A stretch of DNA of 64,000 nt, from contig JAGWOI010000009.1 of the NCBI GenBank assembly GCA_028870995.1, positions 7,085 through 71,084 of the forward strand. Reading direction: 5' to 3'. The DNA is from Candidatus Omnitrophota bacterium (GTDB lineage Bacteria; Omnitrophota; Gorgyraeia; Zapsychrales; Fredricksoniimonadaceae). How positions within the stretch are numbered: position 1 is the stretch's first letter; each line of letters begins with the position of its first letter. Under the pieces are notes generated by a model. That model worked only from the letters and a program-made list of their open reading frames with translations. It did not search any database and was not told the origin of the DNA. A program made the position numbers and the translations under genes. This document shows, one piece after another, positions 29,707 to 39,300 of this stretch.

Positions 29707-30690
29707 ATGATGACACTGTTATTCATCCGTGCTTTTTTCTTGATCATCAGCGCCGTTGTCGGCTACCAGATCGGGGCCATTAACGGCGATGCCTTCACCG
29801 GTGTTATCGTTGGTGTTTGCGGCGGGGCCTTGCTGATCGTCGTCGAAGCCAATTTGAAACAGGTGTCGGTGCGCGGGCTTTCCAGCATGGTGTTCGGCCT
29901 TTTGCTTGGTATTTTCATGGCCAACCTGGTCTCGGATATTATTTCCCTGCTGCCGCTGGGGGACGTGCTGAAGCCGGTCTTAAGGGTGGTATTGACCCTG
30001 GTGTTCTCTTATTTGGGGGCGGTCATGGCCCTGCGCGGCAAGGATGAATTCAACCTGATCATCCCTTATGTGCGTTTTAAGCGCCAGGACCTAAGAGAAG
30101 GCGTGATCATTTTGGATACCAGCGCCATCATCGACGGCCGCGTGGGGGATATTTTCAAGACGGGTTTTTTGGCCGGGCGCCTGGTCGTGCCGCGTTTTGT
30201 GTTGCACGAACTGCAGCGCCTGGCGGATTCCGAGGATGATCTCAAGCGCCAGCGCGGCCGCCGGGGCATGGAGATCCTTAAAGGCATGCAGAAAGATACG
30301 GCCGCCGACGTGCGCATTCATGAAGACGATTTTTCAGGACCGGAATCCGTGGACACCAAATTGGTCAAGCTTTCCAAGATCATGGACGCCCGCATCTGCA
30401 CCACGGATTTTAATTTAAGCCGCATTGCCTCCTTTCAGGGAGTTGAAATGCTCAATATCAATGACCTGGTCAATGCTGTCAAGCCGGTGGTATTTACCGG
30501 TGAGGAGCTGGAGATCCGCCTGGTCAAGGAAGGCAAGGAGGCCGGCCAGGCCATCGGGTATCTGGAAGACGGGACCATGGTGGTTGTCAGCGACGGCCGC
30601 AAGGCCTTGGGGTCAACCGTCAAGGCCTATGTGACCTCGGCCCTGCAGACCCAGGCCGGGCGCATGATCTTTGCCAAGATGGAGAGATAA
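29707..30690 (+). CDS. PIN/TRAM-domain membrane-anchored protein (YacL-like)
   Basis: Two N-terminal TM helices, then a PIN domain (VIILDTSAIIDGRV...), then a C-terminal TRAM-like domain. Sits at the Firmicutes-like radA-yacL-ispD-ispF position. Confidence 0.8.
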   Translation: MMTLLFIRAFFLIISAVVGYQIGAINGDAFTGVIVGVCGGALLIVVEANLKQVSVRGLSSMVFGLLLGIFMANLVSDIISLLPLGDVLKPVLRVVLTLVFSYLGAVMALRGKDEFNLIIPYVRFKRQDLREGVIILDTSAIIDGRVGDIFKTGFLAGRLVVPRFVLHELQRLADSEDDLKRQRGRRGMEILKGMQKDTAADVRIHEDDFSGPESVDTKLVKLSKIMDARICTTDFNLSRIASFQGVEMLNINDLVNAVKPVVFTGEELEIRLVKEGKEAGQAIGYLEDGTMVVVSDGRKALGSTVKAYVTSALQTQAGRMIFAKMER

Positions 30691-30721
30691 TTTTTAAAAA
30701 GTGCTAAGCGGTAAGCGATAA

Positions 30722-31405
30722 GTGGTAAGAGAACCGGTAAAGATAGAAGTCATTATTGTAGCGGCGGGGGCCGGGCAGCGGCTGAATTCCAGAGTCCCGA
30801 AAGCGCTGGTATTGCTTCGGGATAAACCGCTGGTCAGCTATAGCCTAAAGGCCTTTGAGGCTCATCCTGATGTCGGCGGCATCGTGGTGGTGGCTCCGCA
30901 AAAGCATCTAAAGGCTTTTGAGCGTATCACCCGGGCCTTTAAGAAGGTGCGCTTTGTGGTGGCTGGGGGACAAAGCCGCGCGGATTCCGTCAAATGCGGT
31001 CTTGCAGTCCTTTCATCCAAGGTCCGTGCCGTGCTGGTGCATGACGCGGCCAGGCCGTTTATCGATGCGGGCATGATCAGTCGGTTGACGGCGGCATTAA
31101 AGAGATCCAAGGCCGCTATTGTCGGGGTCCCGGTCAAGTTTACCGTCAAAAAGGTCGACGGCCGCACGCTGAACATTCAGGAGACACCCGCCAGGGAATT
31201 GCTTTGGGAGGCGCAAACCCCCCAGGGGTTTCATAAGGATATCCTGGTCAAGGCCCATGCCCAAGGCATTGGCCCAGAGGCCACGGATGACGCTGTGCTG
31301 GTGGAGCGTTTGGGGCAAAAGGTCAAAATGGTCATGGGCAGTTACCGGAACATCAAGGTCACGACCCCGGAAGATTTGGTATGGGCCAGACAATTGTTGA
31401 GGTGA
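30722..31405 (+). CDS. ispD: 2-C-methyl-D-erythritol 4-phosphate cytidylyltransferase (GTG start)
   Basis: IIVAAGAGQRLNSRVPKALVLLRDKPLV...VHDAARPF. Start codon is uncertain. Confidence 0.85.
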   Translation: MVREPVKIEVIIVAAGAGQRLNSRVPKALVLLRDKPLVSYSLKAFEAHPDVGGIVVVAPQKHLKAFERITRAFKKVRFVVAGGQSRADSVKCGLAVLSSKVRAVLVHDAARPFIDAGMISRLTAALKRSKAAIVGVPVKFTVKKVDGRTLNIQETPARELLWEAQTPQGFHKDILVKAHAQGIGPEATDDAVLVERLGQKVKMVMGSYRNIKVTTPEDLVWARQLLR

Positions 31406-31409
31406 AGCG

Positions 31410-31889
31410 ATGGATTACCGTGTGGGCATAGGCCAGGATGTGCACCGCCTGACGGCAGACCGCAAGCTGGTGCTGGGCGGCGTTGAGATCCCGCACACCC
31501 ACGGCCTGGAGAGCCATTCCGACGGAGATGTGGTCCTGCATGCCGTCTGTGACGCCATCCTGGGCGCAGCCGGGATGGGCGATATCGGTGAACATTTTCC
31601 CGATACCGATCCTGGTTACAAGGGAGCGGCCAGTTCTGTTTTCTTAAAAGAGGTCCGCCAAAAGGCCGCCGCAGCAGGATGGGCGGTCGAGAACGTGGAT
31701 GTGGTGATCCTGGCCCAGGCGCCGAAATTAAAGGAATTTAAGCCGAAAATGAAGTATCATATGAGCCGCCTTTTGGGGGTGGAAGAGGCGCGGGTCAATA
31801 TCAAGGCCGGCACTAATGAGGGGCTTGGGTATATCGGCGCCCATGAAGCCATTGCCGCTTACGCGGTGGTGCTGTTGAAGAAAGGTTAA
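31410..31889 (+). CDS. ispF: 2-C-methyl-D-erythritol 2,4-cyclodiphosphate synthase
   Basis: RVGIGQDVHRL...HSDGDVVLHAVCDAILGAAGMGDIGEHFPDTDP. Confidence 0.95.
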   Translation: MDYRVGIGQDVHRLTADRKLVLGGVEIPHTHGLESHSDGDVVLHAVCDAILGAAGMGDIGEHFPDTDPGYKGAASSVFLKEVRQKAAAAGWAVENVDVVILAQAPKLKEFKPKMKYHMSRLLGVEEARVNIKAGTNEGLGYIGAHEAIAAYAVVLLKKG

Positions 31890-31892
31890 GGT

Positions 31893-32600
31893 ATGGCTTT
31901 ACTTATCATCGTTGCCATCATTTTACTTGTTTATTTTATATTTGCCGAAGAGATCCGTACGGTCAAGGACCGTGATCCCGCGGCCAAGAGCGTATTGGAA
32001 GTGCTTTTACTGTATCCGGGCCTGCATGCCCTGGTGTTTCACCGGATCGCCCATGCCTTCTGGGAGTGGAGGGTGCCTTTTATTCCCCGCTGGCTTTCAC
32101 AGATGGCCCGGTTTTTGACCGGCATCGAAATCCATCCCGGGGCCACCATCGGCAAACGGTTCTTTATCGACCACGGGATGGGGGTGGTGATCGGCGAAAC
32201 CGCCATCGTGGGGGACAATGTCCTTTTGTACCAGGGCACGACCCTGGGCGGCACCGGCAAGGAAACAGGCAAGCGCCATCCCACCCTGGGCAACAATGTG
32301 GTCGTGGGCACAGGCGCCAAGATCCTGGGCAACATCACGATCGGGGACAATTCCTATATCGGCGCCAACGCGGTGGTCATCAAGAGTGTGCCGCCCAATT
32401 CCACGGTCGTCGGTGTCCCGGGAAGGATCACCAAGCAGGAGGGCCGCAAGATCGACATGGAGCTGGACCATATCCATGTCAACGACCCGATCATGGAACA
32501 TATGCACAAATTGCTGGGACGCATCAAGGCGCTGGAAACCAAAACCGGTCACGAAGCCTCCAAGAATGAACGCGATAGTGAGAACGATTTTAAAATTTAG
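31893..32600 (+). CDS. cysE: Serine O-acetyltransferase
   Basis: Hexapeptide-repeat left-handed beta helix. [31 protein letters not shown]...[34 protein letters not shown]. Confidence 0.9.
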   Translation: MALLIIVAIILLVYFIFAEEIRTVKDRDPAAKSVLEVLLLYPGLHALVFHRIAHAFWEWRVPFIPRWLSQMARFLTGIEIHPGATIGKRFFIDHGMGVVIGETAIVGDNVLLYQGTTLGGTGKETGKRHPTLGNNVVVGTGAKILGNITIGDNSYIGANAVVIKSVPPNSTVVGVPGRITKQEGRKIDMELDHIHVNDPIMEHMHKLLGRIKALETKTGHEASKNERDSENDFKI

Positions 32601-32608
32601 ATAGGCAT

Positions 32609-34009
32609 ATGCAAATTTACAATTCCTTAAGCGGTAAAAAAGAAAATTTCTCTCCGCTGGTAGGCAATGACGTCAAGATGTATACCTGCGGGGTCACGGT
32701 GTATGACCGTTCCCATATCGGCCACGCCCGCAGCCTGTATATTTTCGATGTGATCCGGCGTTACCTGAAGTTCCGCGGGTTTAACGTCACCTTTGTGCGC
32801 AATATCACCGATATCGACGATAAGATCATCGACCGCGCCAATGAGACCAAACGGCCGGCCAGGGATGTCAGCGAAGAGCAGATCCGTCATTATTATGAGG
32901 ATTTGAAAGCCCTGAATGTCCTTCCCGGCGACGTGGAGCCCAAGGCCACCGACAATATCCCTGAGATGATAAGCCATATCCAGGGCCTGCTGGGTAAGGG
33001 CTTTGCCTACGCCATCCCCGGCGGGGATGTGTATTTCGATGTGCGGGCTTTCAAGGATTACGGCAAGCTCTCCGGACAGAGCATCGACAAGATGCATGAA
33101 GCGGTGCGCATCGAGAAGGATTCCCGGAAGAAGGACCCGCTGGATTTTGTTTTATGGAAGGCCTCCAAGCCCGGTGAACCGGCCTGGGACAGTCCCTGGG
33201 GCAAAGGCCGCCCCGGCTGGCACATCGAATGTTCCTGCATGAGCATGAAGCACCTGGCAACCCCGACCCTGGACATCCATGCCGGCGGTAGGGACCTTAT
33301 CTTTCCCCATCACGAGAACGAGATCGCCCAGTCCGAGGCCCTGACCGGCACGCGTTTTGCCAAATACTGGATCCATCACGGGCTCTTGACGGTCAACGGC
33401 CAGAAGATGTCCAAATCGCTGGGCAATTTCATGACCGTCCAGGAAGCGTTAAGCAAATACACGGCGGATGAGATCAAGATGTTCTTTTTGTTCTCCCACT
33501 ATGCCAGTAACATCGATTTTTCCGAGGAGAAGATCCTCGAGGCCCGCAAGGCGCTGGGTAAATTCGACGTGCTGTTCTGGCGGGCTGCGGAGCTTTTGAA
33601 GGGCAGGCAGGCCGAGCCGGTGCAGGCGGGCTTTGTGAGCAAATACAAGCACGAGTTCATCGAGGCCATGGACGATGATTTCAACACGCCTAAGGCCCTG
33701 GCGGCACTGTTTAATTTGCTCAATGACACCAACACCTATATCGATCAAAACAGCGATGATCCTAATTATTGGGGGGTCATTTATCATGCTGTGGACATTT
33801 TAGAGAGCCTGGCGCGCGGTATATTCGGCTTATTCTTGCAGGAAAAGGACAAGGAGTTGTCGCCGGAGCTGCAGTCACTTTTAGACGAGCGTGCCCAAGC
33901 CCGGGAGCTTAAGAATTTCAAACGTTCCGACGAGTTGCGCGCGTTGTTGAAGGAAAAGGGTGTGGCTGTCGAGGACGGCAAAGCCGGACAGACCTGGAGA
34001 TGGATTTGA
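32609..34009 (+). CDS. cysS: Cysteinyl-tRNA synthetase
   Basis: HIGH motif (CGVTVYDRSHIGHARS), KMSKS motif (QKMSKSLGN), and zinc ligands. Confidence 0.96.
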   Translation: MQIYNSLSGKKENFSPLVGNDVKMYTCGVTVYDRSHIGHARSLYIFDVIRRYLKFRGFNVTFVRNITDIDDKIIDRANETKRPARDVSEEQIRHYYEDLKALNVLPGDVEPKATDNIPEMISHIQGLLGKGFAYAIPGGDVYFDVRAFKDYGKLSGQSIDKMHEAVRIEKDSRKKDPLDFVLWKASKPGEPAWDSPWGKGRPGWHIECSCMSMKHLATPTLDIHAGGRDLIFPHHENEIAQSEALTGTRFAKYWIHHGLLTVNGQKMSKSLGNFMTVQEALSKYTADEIKMFFLFSHYASNIDFSEEKILEARKALGKFDVLFWRAAELLKGRQAEPVQAGFVSKYKHEFIEAMDDDFNTPKALAALFNLLNDTNTYIDQNSDDPNYWGVIYHAVDILESLARGIFGLFLQEKDKELSPELQSLLDERAQARELKNFKRSDELRALLKEKGVAVEDGKAGQTWRWI

Positions 34010-34623
34010 ACGGCAAGTTTATCACATTTGAAGGCGCGGAAGGTTCCGGCAAAAGCACGCAGGCAGGATTGGTCCTTAATTATTTGGAATCAAAAAAACT
34101 GCCGGTTACGCTGTTGCGCGAACCCGGCGGCGTCAAAATTTCTGAAAGTATCCGCAAGCTTTTGCTGGATGTGAAAAATACGGGCATGGGGGATGAGTGC
34201 GAGACCCTGCTGTACATGGCGGCGCGCGCGCAGATGGTCAAGGAAGTGCTTCAGCCGCAGTTGAACTCGGGCAAGATCGTCTTGTGCGACCGTTTTTTGG
34301 ATTCCACCATCGCCTATCAGGGATACGGCAACGGGATCGATGTCAAAACCATTGAGCAGCTGGGCCTTTTTGCCGCCAAGGGTATTGCGCCCGATCTGAC
34401 CATTCTTTTCGATATCCAGCCCGAAAAAGGTTTAAGCCGCGCCGGTACAAAAAAAGACCGTATCGAATCCCGTTCCCTGGAGTATCACGGCCGCGTGCGC
34501 GGCGGTTACCTGGATTTGGCCAAGAAATATCCCGGCCGCATTAAGTTGATAAAGGTGGACGCAGACAAGGAAGAAATTTTTAAAAGGGTCAAGTCCCATA
34601 TCGATGCCCTGCTGGCCATATGA
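34000..34623 (+). CDS. tmk: Thymidylate kinase
   Basis: FITFEGAEGSGKSTQ (P-loop), LLREPGG, DRF...STIAYQG. Confidence 0.94.
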   Translation: MDLNGKFITFEGAEGSGKSTQAGLVLNYLESKKLPVTLLREPGGVKISESIRKLLLDVKNTGMGDECETLLYMAARAQMVKEVLQPQLNSGKIVLCDRFLDSTIAYQGYGNGIDVKTIEQLGLFAAKGIAPDLTILFDIQPEKGLSRAGTKKDRIESRSLEYHGRVRGGYLDLAKKYPGRIKLIKVDADKEEIFKRVKSHIDALLAI

Positions 34624-35582
34624 TCGTGATGAATACCGCCCAAGTGAACCAGGATGTTTTGAGCCGCTTTAGCCGTCTTGCCGGACAGCACCGCCTGGCG
34701 CACGCCTATTTGCTGGTCGGTCCACGGGATTCGGGAAAGACCCAGACGGCTTTGGCCCTGGCCCAATTGGTCAACTGCGAAAGTCCTGAGGCGAAGCCAT
34801 GCGGCCAATGCCCGCCCTGCCGCAAGATCGCCTCGGGCAACCATCCCGATGTCCATATTTTAGGCAGCGACGATACACAGACGATCAAGATTGAGGAGGT
34901 CCGCCATTTGTTGGGCCGGGTGGCGTTGATGGCCTTTGAGGCCAAACAGAAGGTCTTTATCCTCCGCAATATCGAAACCATGACAACCGATGCCGCCAAT
35001 GCCTTTTTGAAGACTCTGGAAGAGCCGGCGCCCAATACCCTGATGGTCCTGACCACGAGCCTTCCCGAAGCCAATCTGGATACCATCAAATCCCGCTGTC
35101 ATATCGTGAAATTTTTCCCTTCGCCGGTCAACCGGGTCGCCCACGTGCTGGCGGAAGAGGGCCTTAAAGATGCCGATGCCCGTTTTCTGGCCCTTTACGC
35201 GGAAGGATGCCTGGGGCAGGCCCGCAAATTAAGGGACCAGGAGATTTTCCGGCAGCGACGAAAAATCTTGGATGAAATGCTCTTAAACCGCTATAATGAT
35301 ACCTTTCTCAAGGAGCTTGTCACGGACCGCCAGGCCACGGCCCAGGCGTTACAGCTGCTGCTGAGTTTTTTCAGGGATGTGCTTTTATTGAAGAACGGGA
35401 CCCCGGCCTCGGAGCTGCTCAATCAGGATTTTTTAAAAGAGGTGGAGAAATTTGCCGGCCGCAGCAGCGAGGATTTGGGCCAGATCGTGGGCCAGATCGT
35501 CGAGACCAAAAGACAAGTGGACGAGAATTTGAATGTTAAGATGTCCTTGAGCCTTTTAAGGGAACATTTATGGGTCAATTAG
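34620..35582 (+). CDS. holB: DNA polymerase III delta-prime subunit
   Basis: AHAYLLVGPRDSGKTQTALALAQLVNC...CGQCPPCRKIASGNHPDVHIL. An AAA+ clamp-loader subunit with a zinc module. Confidence 0.88.
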   Translation: MIVMNTAQVNQDVLSRFSRLAGQHRLAHAYLLVGPRDSGKTQTALALAQLVNCESPEAKPCGQCPPCRKIASGNHPDVHILGSDDTQTIKIEEVRHLLGRVALMAFEAKQKVFILRNIETMTTDAANAFLKTLEEPAPNTLMVLTTSLPEANLDTIKSRCHIVKFFPSPVNRVAHVLAEEGLKDADARFLALYAEGCLGQARKLRDQEIFRQRRKILDEMLLNRYNDTFLKELVTDRQATAQALQLLLSFFRDVLLLKNGTPASELLNQDFLKEVEKFAGRSSEDLGQIVGQIVETKRQVDENLNVKMSLSLLREHLWVN

Positions 35583-36379
35583 TACAGATCAAGGTGGGAG
35601 AATACCGGCCGGTGATGTTGGCCGATACCAATGGCGTGGAGATCCGCCGCCACGATATGGTGATCCTGGAGGTGGAGAGGAACCTGGAATTCGGCAAGGT
35701 CATCTCCGATCCCGACAAGGCCTGCGCCGGTAAGACGGAGGCGGCTGTCGGCAAGATCATCCGTTTGGCCAGCGACGGTGATCTGCTTCAGGTGGTCAAC
35801 AACCAGATGAAGTCCGGCGAGGCGATAAAGACCTGTGCGCGAAAAGTGGCGGATAGCCGCATGGAAATGCAGCTGGTCCAGGCGGAATATACCTTCGATG
35901 CCACCAAGATATTGATCTATTTCACCGCCGAAGGCCGGGTGGATTTCCGCAACCTGGTCAAAGACCTGGCCAAGGCCCTGCGCGTGCGCATCGAGCTCAA
36001 GCAGATCGGGGTGCGCGACAAGGCCAAGATCGTGGGCGGTTACGGCGTCTGCGGCCGCCAACTGTGCTGTTCGTCGTACATGAAGGATTTCCACCCGCTT
36101 TCCATCAAGATGGCCAAGGACCAGGGGCTGCCGCTGAATCCTCAAAAGATTTCCGGCGTCTGCGGCAGGGTCAAATGCTGCATGGCCTATGAATTCCAGG
36201 TTTACCGCGAGTTTTCCAAGACCCTGCCCAAGATGGGCGCCAGGGTCACCACACCGGAAGGCGACAAGGGCCGGGTGGTGGCCATGGACATCCTCAAGCA
36301 AGTGGTGAGCGTGGACTTAGGCGAAGGCAAGCTCGTCAGGGTCAAGTATCCGCTAAATGCCGCGCAGCAATCTTCATGA
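35570..36379 (+). CDS. PSP1 C-terminal domain protein (YaaT/RicT-like)
   Basis: ...GGYGVCGRQLCCSSYMKDFHPLSIKMAKDQGLPLNPQKISGVCGRVKCCMAYE.... A PSP1 domain with a Cys cluster, in the conserved tmk-holB-yaaT order. Confidence 0.85.
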   Translation: MGQLVQIKVGEYRPVMLADTNGVEIRRHDMVILEVERNLEFGKVISDPDKACAGKTEAAVGKIIRLASDGDLLQVVNNQMKSGEAIKTCARKVADSRMEMQLVQAEYTFDATKILIYFTAEGRVDFRNLVKDLAKALRVRIELKQIGVRDKAKIVGGYGVCGRQLCCSSYMKDFHPLSIKMAKDQGLPLNPQKISGVCGRVKCCMAYEFQVYREFSKTLPKMGARVTTPEGDKGRVVAMDILKQVVSVDLGEGKLVRVKYPLNAAQQSS

Positions 36380-37878
36380 GCAAATTTTTCGTCACAACCC
36401 CCATTTATTACGTCAACGATGCCCCGCATATCGGCCATGCGTACACCACCATCCTTGCCGATGTGCTGAGCCGTTATCACCGTACCGTCGGAGACGAGGT
36501 CTTTTTCCTGACCGGCCTGGATGAGCACGGCCAGAAGGTCAAGCAGGCTGCGGAAAAACGCGGACTTTCACCCCAAGCCCATTGCGATGATCTGGCCCCG
36601 AGGTTTTTGAATTTGTGGAAAACCCTGGATATCCGCTACGATGATTTTATCCGCACGACCCAGGAGCGGCACAAAAAGATCGTCCAGCTGTGCCTGCAGC
36701 AGGTCCATGACAACGGTGATATCTATTCGGATGAATATGAGGGCTGGTATTCCGTGGCTGAAGAGCGCTTCATCACGGACACCGAATATGAATCCGGCCA
36801 GTTCCGCGATGTCAAAAAGCTCAAAGAGAAGAATTATTTCTTCAAGATGAGCAAGTACCAGCAAAGGCTCATCGACTATATCCAAGCTCATCCCGGCTTT
36901 ATCCGTCCCGAGCACCGCAAGAACGAGATGCTGGGTTTTTTGCGCCAGCCGCTGGGGGACCTGTGCATTTCCCGCCCCAAGGCGCGCATGGATTGGGGCA
37001 TCGAGATCCCCTTTGATAAGGATTATGTGACCTATGTCTGGTTTGACGCCCTGGTCAACTACATTTCCGTGCCGGGTTACGGCAGCGACGAGGTTAAATT
37101 TAAAAAGTGGTGGCCGGCCGACGTGCACCTGATCGGCAAGGACATTCTCACCACCCATTCCATTTACTGGACGACCATGCTGTTTTCTCTGGGGCTGCCG
37201 CTGCCGGAAACCATCTTTGCCCACGGCTGGTGGCTTATTGGCGAGACCAAGATGAGCAAGTCCCTGGGCAATGTGGTCAATCCGTTGGATCTCACCAATA
37301 CTTACGGGGTGGATGCGGTGCGTTATTATTTGATGCGTGAGATGGTGCTGGGTCTTGACGCCAATTTTACGCCGGACTCTTTTATCAAATGTTTTAACAG
37401 CGACCTGGCCAATGATTTCGGCAATCTGCTCAACCGCGTCAGCGGTCTTATTCAGAAGAATCACGGCGGTCAAATACCTCAACCCGGTGATTTGACGGCC
37501 GTCGAACAGGATATAAAGCAGCAGGCGGACAGCCTCTCAGGCCGGATCAAAGATTTAATTAATGAATTCAAGGTGCAGGAGGCGGTGAGCTCCACGCTGG
37601 ATTTTGTCCGCATTCTTAACAAGTATATGGAAACCCAGGCGCCCTGGAAGCTGGCCAAGACCGACATGAAAGCCGCCAACCGGGTGCTGTATACGGCGGC
37701 CGAAGGTTTGCGTATAGCGACGATCATGTTGGCGCCTGTCATGCCGGAGAAAACGGCCGCGGTTCTGTCTATTTTAGGCGCCGAGAACACCCGGCCCTCC
37801 TGGGGCCAATTGAGACCTGGAACAGCTTTGCAGGCCCATCCGCCGCTGTTCCCCAGGATCGAAGTGGAGAAACCATAA
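36376..37878 (+). CDS. metG: Methionyl-tRNA synthetase (short form, without the C-terminal tRNA-binding domain)
   Basis: FFVTTPIYYVNDAPHIGHAYTTILADV (HIGH motif). KMSKSLGN (KMSKS motif). Confidence 0.96.
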   Translation: MSKFFVTTPIYYVNDAPHIGHAYTTILADVLSRYHRTVGDEVFFLTGLDEHGQKVKQAAEKRGLSPQAHCDDLAPRFLNLWKTLDIRYDDFIRTTQERHKKIVQLCLQQVHDNGDIYSDEYEGWYSVAEERFITDTEYESGQFRDVKKLKEKNYFFKMSKYQQRLIDYIQAHPGFIRPEHRKNEMLGFLRQPLGDLCISRPKARMDWGIEIPFDKDYVTYVWFDALVNYISVPGYGSDEVKFKKWWPADVHLIGKDILTTHSIYWTTMLFSLGLPLPETIFAHGWWLIGETKMSKSLGNVVNPLDLTNTYGVDAVRYYLMREMVLGLDANFTPDSFIKCFNSDLANDFGNLLNRVSGLIQKNHGGQIPQPGDLTAVEQDIKQQADSLSGRIKDLINEFKVQEAVSSTLDFVRILNKYMETQAPWKLAKTDMKAANRVLYTAAEGLRIATIMLAPVMPEKTAAVLSILGAENTRPSWGQLRPGTALQAHPPLFPRIEVEKP

Positions 37879-37905
37879 AAAGGGGACAGTCCCCTTTTTA
37901 AAAAG
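37877..37905. terminator. Bidirectional rho-independent terminator
   Basis: AAAAGGGGACAGTCCCCTTTTTAAAAA: a perfect stem with an A-run before and a T-run after it. Confidence 0.8.
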
Positions 37906-37913
37906 CGAATATC

Positions 37914-38954
37914 ATGGCTGTTGAAACTATTAAATGGATCAATGGTGCGGCCCGTATCATTGATCAAACCAAACTTCCCCGTCAATTTAAATACCTCTAT
38001 TGCCGCGACGTCAAAACCATGTGGCAGGCCATCAAGCGCCTGCAGGTGCGCGGCGCGCCAGCCATCGGTGTTGCTGCCGCCTTTGGCGTTTTGTTAGGCA
38101 TTCAGAAATTCAAGGGTTCGGATAAAAGGAAGTTCCTGCAATTGTTCCATGAAACCTGTGATTATTTGAGCACATCCCGCCCGACGGCGGTGAATCTTTT
38201 CAACATGCTCAATGAAATGCGTGCCGTCGTGACGCATAATCCTCAGGCCGATGTGGCCACCTTAAAAAAGGCCCTGTTCCTGCAGGCCATGACCATTTTT
38301 GAGGCGGACCGCGAGGTCTGCCGGCAAATGGGGGAGCACGGTGCCAAACTGATCAAGAACGGCATGCGCTGTTTGACGGTTTGCAATGCCGGGGCCCTGG
38401 CTACTGTTGATTACGGCACGGCTCTAGGCGTTTTTTACAGTGCCAAGGGGCGGGGCAAGAAATTCAGCGTCTATTCCTGCGAGACCCGTCCCTTATTGCA
38501 GGGGGCAAGGCTCACCTGTTGGGAACTGCTGCAGCAGAAGATCGATACCACGCTTATCTGCGACAATATGGCTGCGACCCTGATGGCGCAGGGGAAGGTG
38601 GACATTATTTTTACCGGTGCTGACCGCATCGCCTCCAACGGGGATGCCGCCAACAAGATCGGCACCTACATGCTGGCGGTCCTGGCCCGGCATCACGGCA
38701 TTCCTTTTTATGTGGTGGCGCCCAGCACTACCTTTGATTTGAAGATAAAGTCCGGCAGGCAGATCCCCATCGAAGAGCGGCACAGTGATGAAGTCACGCA
38801 TTTTGCGGGAGTGCCCACAGCTCCCAAGGGCGTTAAAGTCTATAATCCGGCCTTTGACGTGACGCCGGCTAAGCTCATTGCCGGCATCGTGACCGAACAC
38901 GGCATCATCCGAGCGCCTTTTGTCAAAAATATCAAACGTCTTCTCTTAAATTAG
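37914..38954 (+). CDS. mtnA: S-methyl-5-thioribose-1-phosphate isomerase (eIF-2B alpha/beta/delta family)
   Basis: 346 aa. RGAPAIGVAAAFGVLLG...CNAGALATVDYGTALGV...GADRIASNGDAANKIGTY. Confidence 0.85.
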   Translation: MAVETIKWINGAARIIDQTKLPRQFKYLYCRDVKTMWQAIKRLQVRGAPAIGVAAAFGVLLGIQKFKGSDKRKFLQLFHETCDYLSTSRPTAVNLFNMLNEMRAVVTHNPQADVATLKKALFLQAMTIFEADREVCRQMGEHGAKLIKNGMRCLTVCNAGALATVDYGTALGVFYSAKGRGKKFSVYSCETRPLLQGARLTCWELLQQKIDTTLICDNMAATLMAQGKVDIIFTGADRIASNGDAANKIGTYMLAVLARHHGIPFYVVAPSTTFDLKIKSGRQIPIEERHSDEVTHFAGVPTAPKGVKVYNPAFDVTPAKLIAGIVTEHGIIRAPFVKNIKRLLLN

Positions 38955-38985
38955 TTGGACCGTTTCAAATTAGTTGGACCGTTTC
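38948..38985. repeat. Perfect tandem duplication, 2 x 19 bp (AAATTAGTTGGACCGTTTC), which includes the mtnA stop codon
   Basis: 38948-38966 and 38967-38985 are identical. The second unit begins the 57-bp motif (38974-39030) that is shared with 14067-14123. Confidence 0.85.
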
Positions 38986-39285
38986 TACGGGAACCTATGA
39001 GACTCTTAGGGTTATGGCAGAAGTGTCCCCAAAACTTGAAGGGAATGGACCAAGTAGAGTCAATTCACCTTCTCCCAAGGGTTTCATATAATTTCCCAAT
39101 TCGATATCACAGTTTGTGATCTTAAGTCAGGGTGGTTCGCGCAAACCGCGACAAAAAGATTATCTCCATATTCCAGGCCATTAAGGCCTTATTGTCCAAC
39201 AAAGAAGTGAAATCGAGAAAACGGGCGCCTTTGGGATTTCAAATACCGAAGGGAATTAAGTAGCTGTTTTATTCTTCTCTTGTAG

Positions 39286-39300
39286 TATAATCATCGCATG
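39286..39300 (+). promoter_or_regulatory. -10 element TATAAT only 6 nt upstream of the thiL ATG; implies a leaderless transcript
   Basis: TGTAGTATAATCATCGCATG. There is no Shine-Dalgarno sequence between the -10 element and the ATG. Confidence 0.45.

Noticed and set aside
38948-38985. CRISPR array or minisatellite
   Set aside because: There are only two 19-bp units in direct tandem with no spacers, and no cas genes anywhere in the window.
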